Shown here: positions 54,278 through 63,881 of the stretch, piece by piece
Layout of the letters: each line of letters begins with the position of its first letter
Numbering within the stretch: the stretch's first letter is position 1
NCBI GenBank assembly: GCA_963743975.1
Contig: CAVURS010000003.1
Location: 149,512-213,511 of the forward strand
Direction: 5' to 3'
Origin: an uncultured Actinomycetota bacterium
Lineage (GTDB): Bacteria; Actinomycetota; Actinomycetes; Actinomycetales; CAVURS01
DNA length: 64,000 nucleotides
Program-made: the position numbers and the translations under genes
The notes under the pieces: generated by a model
The model's database searches: none
The model's input: the letters and a program-made list of their open reading frames with translations, nothing else
What the model was told of the DNA's origin: nothing

Positions 54278-55723
54278 ATGTGGGTACGGCGATCGCGACG
54301 CCCGTCCGTCCTGGCCACGGTCGGCCGGGTCGGCACGGCCGGCGCCGTCGCGCTGGGGCTCGCCGCCTGCAGCGGGAGCAGCGGTGGTGGCGTGGCCACG
54401 ACGACGCCGTCCACGGCGGCCCCGGTGGCCTCCAGCCCCGCGAGCTCGGCGCCCGGTCCGAGCCCCACCGGTCCGACGTCCTGGCCGGAGTACCACGGCT
54501 CGGGCGGGCGCAGCGGCGTCTCGGCGACGATGCCGGCGGCGAGCGGGCCCCTGCGGCGCGTGCAGGCGCTGAGGCTGGACGGTGCGGTCTACGCCTCGCC
54601 GATCGTCGTCGGCGGCCGGACCGTCGTGGCGACCGAGAACGACACGGTCTACGCCTTCGACCCGTCCTACCGGCAGGTCTGGAAGCGCAGCCTCGGCTCA
54701 CCGTCGCCCCGGGAGCAGCGCCAGTGCGGCGACATCGACCCGCTGGGCATCACCGGCACGCCGGCGTACGACGCCTCGACCGGCCTGGTCTACGCGGTCG
54801 CCGAACGCGGCGGCACCGTGCGGCACGAGCTGGTGGCCCTCGACCTGGCCACCGGCCGGGTGGTGTGGACGCGCGACGTCGACCTGCCGGGGGTGAGCGC
54901 GCGGGACATGCAGCAACGCGGGGCGCTCGCGGTCGCCGACGGGCGGGTGTGGGTGACGTACGGCGCGCAGGCGGGGGACTGCGGCAGCTACAAGGGCCGC
55001 ATCGTCGGGATCCGGCTCGACGGGACGGGTGCACCGGTGTCGTACACGCCGCCGACCCGGCGGGGCGGGGGCATGTGGAACCCGAGCGGCCCGACCGTCG
55101 ACGCCGCCGGGCACCTGCTGGTCGTCTCGGCCAACGGCGCGGCGTTCCCCGGCGCGGCGTACGACCACACGAACTCGGTGCTCGAGCTCGACGGCGACGC
55201 GCGGCTGCTCGACTCGTTCGCCCCGTCGGACTGGGCGGCGAACAACCAGGGTGACGTCGGGCTGGGCTCGCAGGGCGTCGCGCTGGTCGGGACGCAGTGG
55301 GCCGTGCTGGGTGGGAAGTCCGGGCCGGTCTACGTCCTGCGGCAGGGACGTCTCGGCGGCATCGGGGGTCAGGTGTCGGTGCAGGACGTCTGCCGCTCGT
55401 TCGGCGGTGCGGCGGTCTCCGGTGACGTCGTCTACCTCCCGTGCACCGACGGCGTCCGGGCGGTCCGGGTCGACGCGAGCGGCCGGCTGCACGTGCTGTG
55501 GCACGCGGCCTCCGGCACCACCGGCTCACCCGTCGTCGGCGGCGGCCGGGTGTGGGCGCTGGACAGCGCGGCCGGCGTCCTGCACGCGCTGAGCCCCGCG
55601 ACCGGTCGCAGCCTCGGCCAGGTCCAGGTCGGCGTCGCGAACCGCTTCGCGACGCCGGCCCTGTACGGCGCGGACGTCCTGGTCCCGACGCTGACCGGGA
55701 TCGCGGTCGTCCGCACCTCCTGA
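54278..55723 (+). CDS. PQQ-like beta-propeller lipoprotein
   Basis: ATG at 54278 within ORF 53399..55723. There is a lipobox (LGLAAC). Repeated GxVYAxD / GRVVW / GRVWV blades typical of PQQ-like/BamB-like propellers are visible. Confidence 0.7.
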   Translation: MWVRRSRRPSVLATVGRVGTAGAVALGLAACSGSSGGGVATTTPSTAAPVASSPASSAPGPSPTGPTSWPEYHGSGGRSGVSATMPAASGPLRRVQALRLDGAVYASPIVVGGRTVVATENDTVYAFDPSYRQVWKRSLGSPSPREQRQCGDIDPLGITGTPAYDASTGLVYAVAERGGTVRHELVALDLATGRVVWTRDVDLPGVSARDMQQRGALAVADGRVWVTYGAQAGDCGSYKGRIVGIRLDGTGAPVSYTPPTRRGGGMWNPSGPTVDAAGHLLVVSANGAAFPGAAYDHTNSVLELDGDARLLDSFAPSDWAANNQGDVGLGSQGVALVGTQWAVLGGKSGPVYVLRQGRLGGIGGQVSVQDVCRSFGGAAVSGDVVYLPCTDGVRAVRVDASGRLHVLWHAASGTTGSPVVGGGRVWALDSAAGVLHALSPATGRSLGQVQVGVANRFATPALYGADVLVPTLTGIAVVRTS

Positions 55724-55731
55724 CGGCGGCC

Positions 55732-56235
55732 CTACCGGGACAAGCCCTCACCGAGCGCCTGGACCGACCGGCCGAGGGCGTCCTCGACCGCGCCGGAGTC
55801 GCGGACCGACGCCTCGGCGGCGGCCAGGGTCGAGGCCAGCCCCAGGTGGTAGTCGACCAGCCAGTCCGGGCCGGGGTCGGGAGGCGTCGGGCCCAGGTGC
55901 GGGGGCAGCTGGGGGGTCTTCGGCCACGGCGGGCACAGGTCGTCGTCCCAGTCGGCGATCGGCGTGACGCCCTGCCCGAGCTTCGCCGCCGACCACGCGA
56001 GCTGGAGGATCTCGGTGGCGACCAGGGCGCCCAGAGCCCGGGGCGGCAGGGGCTGGGGGTTGAGCGCGACCAGGTCGGCGAAGCCGGGCGGGATCGGCTG
56101 GGGGTTCAGCTCGACCTCCGTGCCGGCCGACTCGACGCGAACGCCGCCGACCAGCTGGCCGGCACGCGGGATGACGTCGTAGATCGCCGGGAACCGGCGG
56201 GCGATGAGCGCGAGCAGATGGGTGTCGAGCGACAT
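55732..56235 (-). CDS. hypothetical Pro-rich protein with duplicated LNPQP(I/L)PP motif
   Basis: The ATG at 56235 is preceded by GGAGG. I recognise no family. The protein repeat is mirrored by the DNA repeat GGCTGGGGGTT(G/C)AGC at about 56050 and 56095. Confidence 0.5.
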   Translation of the reverse strand: MSLDTHLLALIARRFPAIYDVIPRAGQLVGGVRVESAGTEVELNPQPIPPGFADLVALNPQPLPPRALGALVATEILQLAWSAAKLGQGVTPIADWDDDLCPPWPKTPQLPPHLGPTPPDPGPDWLVDYHLGLASTLAAAEASVRDSGAVEDALGRSVQALGEGLSR

Positions 56236-56331
56236 GACGACCTCCGGGAGGGCGGTGGATGGCAACCGCCGTCAAGAGCCGGCCGCCCGCCTCCCGATAC
56301 CTCGCCCGTTGCGGAGCGGACCCGTGAGGGG

Positions 56332-57930
56332 TCAGGCGGCGACAGCGGGCTCGGTCGGGATGTCGCTCTTCTTCGCGGTGACCACGAACAGCGCCACGAG
56401 CAACGCGACGGCCAGCAGCACCGCCCCCCAGAAGAACGCGACGTGGTAGCCGTGCAGCAAGGCGGACGGCACCAGCCTCTGGGCGTCGGCGGCGCTGTGC
56501 GCGTTGGCCGCGAGGTACGACGTGACCGCCCCGGCGAACAGCGTGTTCAGCAGGGCCGTGCCGAGCGAGCCACCCACCTGCTGCGAGGTGTTCAGCACCG
56601 CGCTCGCCACCCCGGCGTCGTGGTGACCGATGCCGACCAGCGCCGTGCTCGACGCGGGGATGAACACCCCGGCCAGCCCGATGCTCATGACGAGCTGCGC
56701 GGGCAGCACGTGCGTGACGTAGGAGCTGGTCTGGCTGATCTGCGTGAGCCAGAGCATCCCGGCCACGGCCATCACCAGGCCCGGGACGAGCAGCGGCTTC
56801 GGCCCGAGCCGGGGCAGCAGCTGGGACACGACGCCGGCCGAGACGATGAGCCCACCGCTGAACGGCAGGAAGGCGAACCCGGACTTCAGCGGGCTGTAGT
56901 GCAGGTTGATCTGGAAGTAGTAGCTGAGGAACAGGAACATCGCGAACAGGCCGGCGCCCACGAAGAGGAACAGCAGGTATGAGCCGCCGCGGTTCCGGTC
57001 CAGCACGATCCGCAGCGGCAGCAACGGGTTTCGCGCCCGCGTCTCCCAGACGACGAACGAGACGAGCAGCACGACGGCGACGACCAGGAAGAAGATCGTC
57101 GTCGAGTGGCCCCAGCCCAGCACGGACGTGTCGTTGGGGTTGCCCGGGTTCTTCGCCTTGGCCGCCTCGGTGAACCCGTAGACCAGCGAGACCAGCCCGA
57201 CGGAGGCCAGCAGCACCCCCGGGATGTCGTACCGGGTGTCGCCGGGGGCCTTGCTCTCGTGGACCAGCACCGTGGCCGCTCCGGCGACGAGCAGCGCGAC
57301 GGGCACGTTGACCCCGAGGCACCAGCGCCACGAGGCGTACTCCGTGAGGACGCCGCCGACGATCAGCCCGATGGCCGCTCCGGCGCCGGCGAGCGCACCG
57401 AACACGCCGAACGCGCGGGCCCGTTCCTTGGGAGCGGTGAACGTCACCGTCACGAGCGACAGCGCGGACGGCGCCATCAGGGCCGCGAACGCGCCCTGCA
57501 GGGCGCGCGCGGCGAACAGCATCCCCTGGGTCGTGGAGAACCCGCCCAGGGCGGACGCCGTCGCGAACCCCAGCAGCCCGACGATGAAGATCCGCTTCCG
57601 GCCGGTGTAGTCCGCGATCCGCCCGCCGAGCAGGAGCAGCCCCCCGAACGCGAGCGTGTACGCCGTCACGACCCACTGCCGGTTGGCGTTGGTGATGCCG
57701 AGGTCGCGCTGCGCGCTGGGCAGCGCGATGTTCACGATCGACCCGTCCAGCACGATCATCAGCTGGGCCGCGGCGAGCACGGCGAGGGCCCACCAGCGGC
57801 GCGGGTCGGGCGCCTCGGCGGAGCTGTCCGTCTCGGTGGACGCCCCGGCCCCGGTGGCGACCTCGGCCGGGCCGGCCGGAGCGGGTACGACGGTGTCGGT
57901 CGGGTCGTCAGCCGGCTCTGCAGGCATGGT
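56332..57930 (-). CDS. MFS transporter, DHA2 (14-TMS) family
   Basis: ATG at 57930 within ORF 56332..58422. The segments LMIVLDGSIVNIALPS and GGRIADYTGRKRIF (motif A) are present, with hydrophobic segments throughout. Confidence 0.88.
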   Translation of the reverse strand, partial: TMPAEPADDPTDTVVPAPAGPAEVATGAGASTETDSSAEAPDPRRWWALAVLAAAQLMIVLDGSIVNIALPSAQRDLGITNANRQWVVTAYTLAFGGLLLLGGRIADYTGRKRIFIVGLLGFATASALGGFSTTQGMLFAARALQGAFAALMAPSALSLVTVTFTAPKERARAFGVFGALAGAGAAIGLIVGGVLTEYASWRWCLGVNVPVALLVAGAATVLVHESKAPGDTRYDIPGVLLASVGLVSLVYGFTEAAKAKNPGNPNDTSVLGWGHSTTIFFLVVAVVLLVSFVVWETRARNPLLPLRIVLDRNRGGSYLLFLFVGAGLFAMFLFLSYYFQINLHYSPLKSGFAFLPFSGGLIVSAGVVSQLLPRLGPKPLLVPGLVMAVAGMLWLTQISQTSSYVTHVLPAQLVMSIGLAGVFIPASSTALVGIGHHDAGVASAVLNTSQQVGGSLGTALLNTLFAGAVTSYLAANAHSAADAQRLVPSALLHGYHVAFFWGAVLLAVALLVALFVVTAKKSDIPTEPAVAA

Positions 57931-58017
57931 CACGGCTCCTTCGCGCAGGAGGGCGTCGTCTTCCGCGTTCAGCGTCTCACGGGCCTCGGACGGCGCTGAT
58001 GCGGGTGGTGCGGGATC

Positions 58018-58491
58018 ATGCAGCCGATGAGCGAGCCGGAGTCCACGGGCCTGCCTCCTCGGGCCGGCCCCGAGGGTGCGACGACGCTCGTCGTCGGCGT
58101 CGACGGCTCGGACACGTCGTGGCGCGCCGCGGCGTACGCGGTCGGCATGGTGCGTCGCAACGGTGGCCGCAGCCGGCTCGTGTTCGTCTACGTCACGCCG
58201 GTCCCTGGCCTGAGAGCCCTTGTCCCGCAAGTGGTTCCGGCCTCGGCGGAAGCGGCCGAGCTGACCGTGACGCAGATCGCCGAGACCCTGCGGCGCGCGC
58301 TCGAGGGTCTGGAGTGGGAGCTGCGCAACCCGACGGGCAGCCCGTTCGCCGAGCTGCGGCGGATCGCGACGGCGGTGCGGGCGGACACGGTCGTCGTCGG
58401 CGCCTCCAGCGGCCTGGGCCACCGGGTGGCCGGGTCGATCGCCGCGCGTCTGGTCAAGACCCGCCGCTGGCCGGTCGTCGTCGTTCCCTGA
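58018..58491 (+). CDS. universal stress protein (UspA family)
   Basis: LVVGVDGSDTS...VVVGASSGLGHRVAGSIAARLVKTRRWPVVVV fits the ATP-binding USP pattern. Confidence 0.85.
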   Translation: MQPMSEPESTGLPPRAGPEGATTLVVGVDGSDTSWRAAAYAVGMVRRNGGRSRLVFVYVTPVPGLRALVPQVVPASAEAAELTVTQIAETLRRALEGLEWELRNPTGSPFAELRRIATAVRADTVVVGASSGLGHRVAGSIAARLVKTRRWPVVVVP

Positions 58492-58506
58492 GCCGGCCGG
58501 TCACCG

Positions 58507-60570
58507 TCACAGCGGGAGTGCGGCGGGCGCCGGCTGGCCGCTGCTGAGCTCCAGCCGGCGCCCGCGCAGCGAGGCCGTCGTCTCCTCGTCCAGCAGCCGT
58601 CCGGTCAGCCCGTGCAGGGCGGCGTCGATCTGGGTCTTGTCCTCGGCGTCCGGGTCGCAGAGCTGCTCGGACAGCCAGTCCTTCAGCGCGGCGGAGAACT
58701 TGTCCCACTCCTCCTGCCCGGTCTCGGTGACGCTCCACGCCCCCGGGCCACCGCTCAGGTACCCCGCCTCCACGGCGTTCCGGAACGCCGGCAGCAGCAC
58801 GTCGGCCGGGACCATCACCTGCTCGGCGATGGCGTCCATGCCGGTCGGCTGCTCGTGCCGGTTGCGCAGGTGCACCTGCGCCACGCACCACCCGTTGGCG
58901 ATGCTGAGCCGGGTCCCCGAGATCTCCCGGAGCCGCGGGATCGCCTGGCGTCCCTCGCGCGCCATCAGCCGGGCGATGGACAGCTCCAGGCGGCGCTCCG
59001 GCGCCACCGGCTCGGCCACGCCGAACCCCTCGCCGATGTCGCCGGCCCCGGCCCGGGCCGCGTCGCGCAACGGCACCTGCTTCAGGACCAGGCTCAGCAG
59101 GAACGCCACCACGGCCACCGGCGCCGCCGCGAGGAAGACCGTGTGGATGGTCGAGGAGTACGCGCCGACGACCGGGGCGATCACCGACGCGGGATGCGAG
59201 TGCAGCGCCTCGGGCACCGTCGCGTCCTGTGGCGGCAGTCCCCGGGAGCGGGCCAGCGCCTGGGGCAGGTGATGGGCGAGCTGGTTGGCGTAGATCGCAC
59301 CGAAGACCGCGGCGCCGAACGACCCGCCCAGGGACCGGAAGAAGGTCACGCCGGACGTGGCCACGCCGAGGTCGCGGTACTCCGCGGTGTTCTGCACGAT
59401 GATCGTCAGGATCTGCATGCACAGCCCGAGGCCGACCCCGAACACCACGAGGTACGCCGACAGCACCCAGAACGACGTGTTCGCGTCCAGCCGGGACAGC
59501 AGGTACAGCCCCAGGGCCATCAGCGCCGACCCCGTGACCGGGAACACCTTGTATTTCCCGGTGCGGCCGACGATGGTGCCGGCCAGCGTCGAGGCCACGA
59601 AGAGCCCGACGACCATGGGCAGCGTGCGGATGCCGGACGCCGTCGCGCTCACCCCCCGGACGTACTGCAGGTAGGTCGGCAGGAACGTCATCGCGCCGAG
59701 CATCGCGAAGCCCACGACGAGCGCGATCGCCGCGGACACCACGAAGACCGGGTTGGCGAACAGCCGCAGCGGCAGCATCGGCTCGCGCGCCCTCGACTCG
59801 GCGACGACGAACCCCACGAGCGCGACGACCGAGATCGCGAAGGTGCCGATGATGACCGCCGAGCCCCAGGCGTACTGCTGGCCGCCGAGGCTGGTGGCGA
59901 GCGTCAGGCCGCCGGCGCCGATCGCCACGAGCAGGATGCCGAGGTAGTCGATGACCGGCCGGGCCTTGGCCGCGATCGAGGGCATCGTCCGCGCGGACAC
60001 CACGATGACGACGACACCGACCGGCAGGTTCACGTAGAAGCACCACCGCCAGCTCAGGTGGTCGGTGAACAGGCCCCCGAGCAGCGGGCCGATCACGGTC
60101 GCGACCCCGAAGACCGCGCCGAGCGCCCCCTGGTACTTGCCGCGCTCGCGCAGCGGGATCACGTCGGCGATGAGCGCCATCGCGGTGACCATCAGGCCGC
60201 CGGCACCGATGCCCTGGACGGCGCGCCAGCCGACCAGCCAGGTCATCGAGTTGGCCAGGCCGCACAGGGCCGACGCGACCACGAACAGCACGGTGCTGAG
60301 CTGGAACACCCGCTTGCGGCCGAACAGGTCGCCGAACTTCCCGGCCAGCACCGTCGCGATCGTGTTGGTGATGAGGTACGACGTCACGACCCACGACACG
60401 TGGCCGCTGCCGCCGAGGTCGCCGACGATCGTCGGCAGGGCGGTGGCCACGATGGTCTGGTCGAGGGCGGCGAGCAGCATGCCCAGCGCGATGGTCGCGA
60501 AGAGGACGTTCACCTGCCGCCGGCTGAGCAGAGGCGTCGGCGGCTCGGCACTCGCGGTCTGCACTGCCAT
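58507..60570 (-). CDS. MFS (DHA2) transporter with about 190-aa C-terminal cytoplasmic extension
   Basis: The ATG at 60570 is preceded by GGAGGG, within ORF 58507..61074. The N-terminal [16 protein letters not shown] and [13 protein letters not shown] segments are MFS-like. A soluble tail follows the last TM (…[14 protein letters not shown]…[23 protein letters not shown]…). Confidence 0.85.
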   Translation of the reverse strand: MAVQTASAEPPTPLLSRRQVNVLFATIALGMLLAALDQTIVATALPTIVGDLGGSGHVSWVVTSYLITNTIATVLAGKFGDLFGRKRVFQLSTVLFVVASALCGLANSMTWLVGWRAVQGIGAGGLMVTAMALIADVIPLRERGKYQGALGAVFGVATVIGPLLGGLFTDHLSWRWCFYVNLPVGVVVIVVSARTMPSIAAKARPVIDYLGILLVAIGAGGLTLATSLGGQQYAWGSAVIIGTFAISVVALVGFVVAESRAREPMLPLRLFANPVFVVSAAIALVVGFAMLGAMTFLPTYLQYVRGVSATASGIRTLPMVVGLFVASTLAGTIVGRTGKYKVFPVTGSALMALGLYLLSRLDANTSFWVLSAYLVVFGVGLGLCMQILTIIVQNTAEYRDLGVATSGVTFFRSLGGSFGAAVFGAIYANQLAHHLPQALARSRGLPPQDATVPEALHSHPASVIAPVVGAYSSTIHTVFLAAAPVAVVAFLLSLVLKQVPLRDAARAGAGDIGEGFGVAEPVAPERRLELSIARLMAREGRQAIPRLREISGTRLSIANGWCVAQVHLRNRHEQPTGMDAIAEQVMVPADVLLPAFRNAVEAGYLSGGPGAWSVTETGQEEWDKFSAALKDWLSEQLCDPDAEDKTQIDAALHGLTGRLLDEETTASLRGRRLELSSGQPAPAALPL

Positions 60571-60712
60571 CGGGCATCCCTCCGCCGGCGCTGCTGGGTC
60601 CGGAGCTCTCGCAGGCCGGGTCCTGCTCGCCATCATGGCCCTTCCCGCACGCGCCGTGTGCCGCCGGTCGCGCCGAGTTGCGGGGAGCAGGGCAGTACGC
60701 GTTGATGACGAG

Positions 60713-61750
60713 ATGGCTCCCACCGGTCCTGACCCCGTCAACCCCTCCTCCCAGGTCGTCGTCGTCACCGGCGCCAGCGGCGGCATCGGCCGCGCCGTCG
60801 CGGAGGCGTACGGCCGGCGCGGCGCCCGCGTCGCGCTGCTCGCCCGAGGCCGGACCGGGCTCGACGCGGCGGCCCGCGAGGTGTCCCGGCTCGGCGGGCG
60901 GCCCCTCGTCGTACCCGTCGACACCGCCGACGCGGACGCGGTCGAGGCGGCGGCGGCCCGCGTGGAGGACGAGCTCGGCCCGATCGACGTCTGGGTCAAC
61001 GTGGCGTTCACGTCGGTGTTCGCGCCGTTCGACGAGATCCGGCCCGAGGAGTTCAAGCGGGTCACCGAGGTCACCTACCTCGGCTACGTCTACGCGACAC
61101 GGGCCGCTCTTGCCCGCATGAAGCCGCGGGACCGTGGAACGATCGTGCAGGTGGGTTCGACTCTCGCCTATCGCGGAATCCCGCTGCAGAGCGCGTACTG
61201 CGGCGCGAAGCATGCCGTGCAGGGCTTTCACGAGTCGCTGCGGTGCGAGCTGCTGCACCAGCACAGCAATGTGCGGGTGACGATGGTCCAGATGCCGGCG
61301 GTCAACACGCCGCAGTTCTCCTGGGTGCTCTCCCGGCTGCCGCACCAGGCCCAGCCCGTGCCGCCGATCTACCAGCCCGAGGTCGCCGCGAAGGCGGTCC
61401 TGTACGCCGCGGACCACCCGAAGCGCCGGGAGTACTGGGTCGGTGCGAGCACCATGGCGACGATCGCGGCCAACGCGCTGGCGCCCGGCCTGCTCGACCG
61501 CTACCTCGGCCGCACCGGGTACTCCTCGCAGCAGACGCCGCAGCCCAAGGACCCGCAGCAGCCGGAGAACCTGTGGGAGCCGGCGGACGGGCCGGACGGT
61601 CACGACTTCGGCAGTCACGGCGCCTTCGACGACCGGTCGAAGGGCAGCAGCGTCCAGCTCTGGCTGAGCCAGCACCACGGCCTGCTCGGCGCCGGCCTGG
61701 CCGCGGGCGCGGGCCTGGCCGGGACCGCGCTGTGGGGACGCCGCCGGTGA
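60713..61750 (+). CDS. SDR-family oxidoreductase with C-terminal hydrophobic tail
   Basis: [17 protein letters not shown] and YCGAKHAV (YxxxK) are present. The C-terminal [20 protein letters not shown] segment is hydrophobic. ATG at 60713 within ORF 60065..61750. Confidence 0.9.
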   Translation: MAPTGPDPVNPSSQVVVVTGASGGIGRAVAEAYGRRGARVALLARGRTGLDAAAREVSRLGGRPLVVPVDTADADAVEAAAARVEDELGPIDVWVNVAFTSVFAPFDEIRPEEFKRVTEVTYLGYVYATRAALARMKPRDRGTIVQVGSTLAYRGIPLQSAYCGAKHAVQGFHESLRCELLHQHSNVRVTMVQMPAVNTPQFSWVLSRLPHQAQPVPPIYQPEVAAKAVLYAADHPKRREYWVGASTMATIAANALAPGLLDRYLGRTGYSSQQTPQPKDPQQPENLWEPADGPDGHDFGSHGAFDDRSKGSSVQLWLSQHHGLLGAGLAAGAGLAGTALWGRRR

Positions 61751-62082
61751 ACCGCGCGCCGGTCGTCGTGGGTGCCGCCTGGGGCGTCACGCTGCTCGCG
61801 CTCGCCGGGCGCCTGGACCGCGTGCTCGACGGGTCCGCGCCCTCGCCGGCCGAGGTGGCGCTGACCCGGGTGCTCGGGGTGCGACAGCTCGGCGAGGCCG
61901 CGCTGCTGTGGCGCCTCGGCCGCCGGGTGAGCTCGGGCGTCGTCGCGACCGAGGGCCTGCACGGCGCGAGCATGGTGGCGCTCGCCGTGGCCTCCCGCCG
62001 GCACCGGCGGATGGCCCTGGCCAGCCTGACGATGGCGGTCGTCCTCGGGGTGCTGACCGAGCGATCCGTCCCGCATGGATAG
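61747..62082 (+). CDS. small membrane protein (111 aa)
   Basis: The GTG at 61747 overlaps the SDR stop codon (GTGA), and its own stop overlaps the GH15 start. There are three to four hydrophobic segments (VVVGAAWGVTLLALAG..., MVALAVAS..., LTMAVVLGVL). Confidence 0.5.
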   Translation: MNRAPVVVGAAWGVTLLALAGRLDRVLDGSAPSPAEVALTRVLGVRQLGEAALLWRLGRRVSSGVVATEGLHGASMVALAVASRRHRRMALASLTMAVVLGVLTERSVPHG

Positions 62083-63859
62083 TCGCCGCATCCCGGATCC
62101 CTCGGTCTGGAAGACCTTCCCGCTGCACGTGCTGCGGGAGTACGCGTTCCTCGCGGACGGACAGCGGGGGGCGCTCGTGGGGCCGCGCGGCGACATCGTC
62201 TGGCTGTGCGCGCCGTCGTGGGACAGCGACGCGGTCATCTCCTCGCTGGTCGGCGGCGAGGGGGTGTACGCCGTCACGCCGGTGCGGCCGTCGGTCTGGG
62301 GTGGCTACTACGAGAGCGGGTCGCTGGTCTGGCACAGCCGATGGATCAGCTCGCGGACGGCGATCGAGTGCCACGAGGCGCTGGCCTACCCCGCCGACCC
62401 GCACCGCCTGGTCCTGCTCCGCCGGATCGAGGCCGTGGACCGCGAGGCGGCCGTGCGCGTCCGGCTCGACCTGCGTGCGGGCTTCGGCCGGCACGCGATG
62501 CGCGGCGTCCATCGCGGCGCGGACGGGGAGTGGACCGGGCGCAGCGGTGAGCTGGTCTTCCGGTGGGTCGGGGGCGAGCGCGCCCGCGTCACCAACGAGG
62601 GGTACCTCGAGGTCGAGCTCGTCCTGCCGCCGGGGACGCACCACGACCTGGTCCTGGAGGTGAGCGACCGCACGCTGCAGGAGGATCCACCGGACGCGGA
62701 CCGGGCCTGGGCCGAGACCCGGGCGCACTGGCGGGACACCGTGCCCGGTCTCAGCGAGAGCGTCGCGCCGCGGGACGCCCGGCACGCGTACGCCGTCCTC
62801 ACCGGCCTGACCGCGCCCGACGGCGGCATGGTGGCCGCGGCCACCCTCGGGCTGCCCGAGCGGGCCGAGGCCGGCCGCAACTACGACTACCGGTACGTCT
62901 GGCTGCGCGACCAGGCGTACGCCGGGCTGTCCGCCTCCGTCGGGGAGCCGCTGCCGCTGATGGACGTCGCGGTCGACGGCATCGTCGCCAAGGTGCTGGA
63001 GCACGGTGACCGCCTGGCGCCGGCGTACCGGGTCAACGGCTCGCGGCTGCCCGACCAGGTCGAGCTGCCGCTGCCCGGCTACCCGGGTGGCCAGGCCATC
63101 GTCGGGAACCACGTGAACGGCCAGTTCCAGCTCGACTCCCTGGGGGAGATCCTGCAGCTGCTGGCGGCGTCGGGCCGGCACGAGCACCTGAGCCGCGACG
63201 GCTACCGGGCGATGGAGCTGGTGACGGCCGTGATCCGGCAGCGCTGGCAGGAGCCCGACGCCGGCATCTGGGAGCTGGGCAACGACTGGTGGACCCAGTC
63301 CCGGCTCGCGGTGGTGGCCGGGCTGCGCTCGGCCGCGGCGCAGGTGGCCGCCCCGGTCCGGATCCGGTACCTGCTGCTGGCCGACGACATCCTGGCCGAG
63401 ACCGACCGTCGCTGCCGGCGCCCGGACGACGCCTGGCAGCGCAGCCCGCGGCACCGCGGGACGGACGCCAGCCTGGTGCTCGAGCCGGTGCGAGGTGCGT
63501 TGCCCGCGAACGACCCGCGCACCGTCGCGACCCTGCGGGCGGTCACCGACGAGCTGAGCCAGGACGGGTACGCCTACCGCTTCCGCCAGGGCAACGTGCC
63601 GCTCGGGCGCAACGAGGGCGCGTTCCTGCTCTGCGGCCTCGCGATGTCGCTCGCGCTGTGGCACCAGGGCAACGTGGTGGAGGCTGCTCGCTGGTTCGAG
63701 CGGCACCGATCCGCTTGCGGCACACCGGGTCTGTTCTCCGAGGAGTACGACGTGGGGCAGCGCCAGATGCGCGGGAACCTGCCGCAGGGGTTCGTGCACG
63801 CGATGCTGCTGGAGGCCTCGCAGCACCTGGCCGTCCGGCCCGGACCCGGGTCCGGCTGA
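62075..63859 (+). CDS. glycoside hydrolase family 15 (glucoamylase / trehalase-like)
   Basis: NYDYRYVWLRDQAY, DAGIWELG and GLFSEEYD are GH15 hallmarks. The protein is 594 aa. Confidence 0.88.
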   Translation: MDSRRIPDPSVWKTFPLHVLREYAFLADGQRGALVGPRGDIVWLCAPSWDSDAVISSLVGGEGVYAVTPVRPSVWGGYYESGSLVWHSRWISSRTAIECHEALAYPADPHRLVLLRRIEAVDREAAVRVRLDLRAGFGRHAMRGVHRGADGEWTGRSGELVFRWVGGERARVTNEGYLEVELVLPPGTHHDLVLEVSDRTLQEDPPDADRAWAETRAHWRDTVPGLSESVAPRDARHAYAVLTGLTAPDGGMVAAATLGLPERAEAGRNYDYRYVWLRDQAYAGLSASVGEPLPLMDVAVDGIVAKVLEHGDRLAPAYRVNGSRLPDQVELPLPGYPGGQAIVGNHVNGQFQLDSLGEILQLLAASGRHEHLSRDGYRAMELVTAVIRQRWQEPDAGIWELGNDWWTQSRLAVVAGLRSAAAQVAAPVRIRYLLLADDILAETDRRCRRPDDAWQRSPRHRGTDASLVLEPVRGALPANDPRTVATLRAVTDELSQDGYAYRFRQGNVPLGRNEGAFLLCGLAMSLALWHQGNVVEAARWFERHRSACGTPGLFSEEYDVGQRQMRGNLPQGFVHAMLLEASQHLAVRPGPGSG

Positions 63860-63860
63860 G

Positions 63861-63877
63861 GCCCGGCTCGTCCGGGC
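63861..63877. terminator. short hairpin GCCCGG-ctcgt-CCGGGC between convergent genes
   Basis: Read directly from the sequence. It sits in the 22-nt gap between the GH15 stop and the ligase stop. The stem is only 6 bp. Confidence 0.3.
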
Positions 63878-63881
63878 TCGC

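Noticed and set aside
58454-61678. A 1074-aa minus-strand ORF, plus the long plus-strand ORFs 58612..60705 and 60065..61750 (5' part).
   Set aside because: These are out-of-frame or antisense shadows of the MFS pump (58507..60570) and SDR (60713..61750) genes. They contain no motifs.
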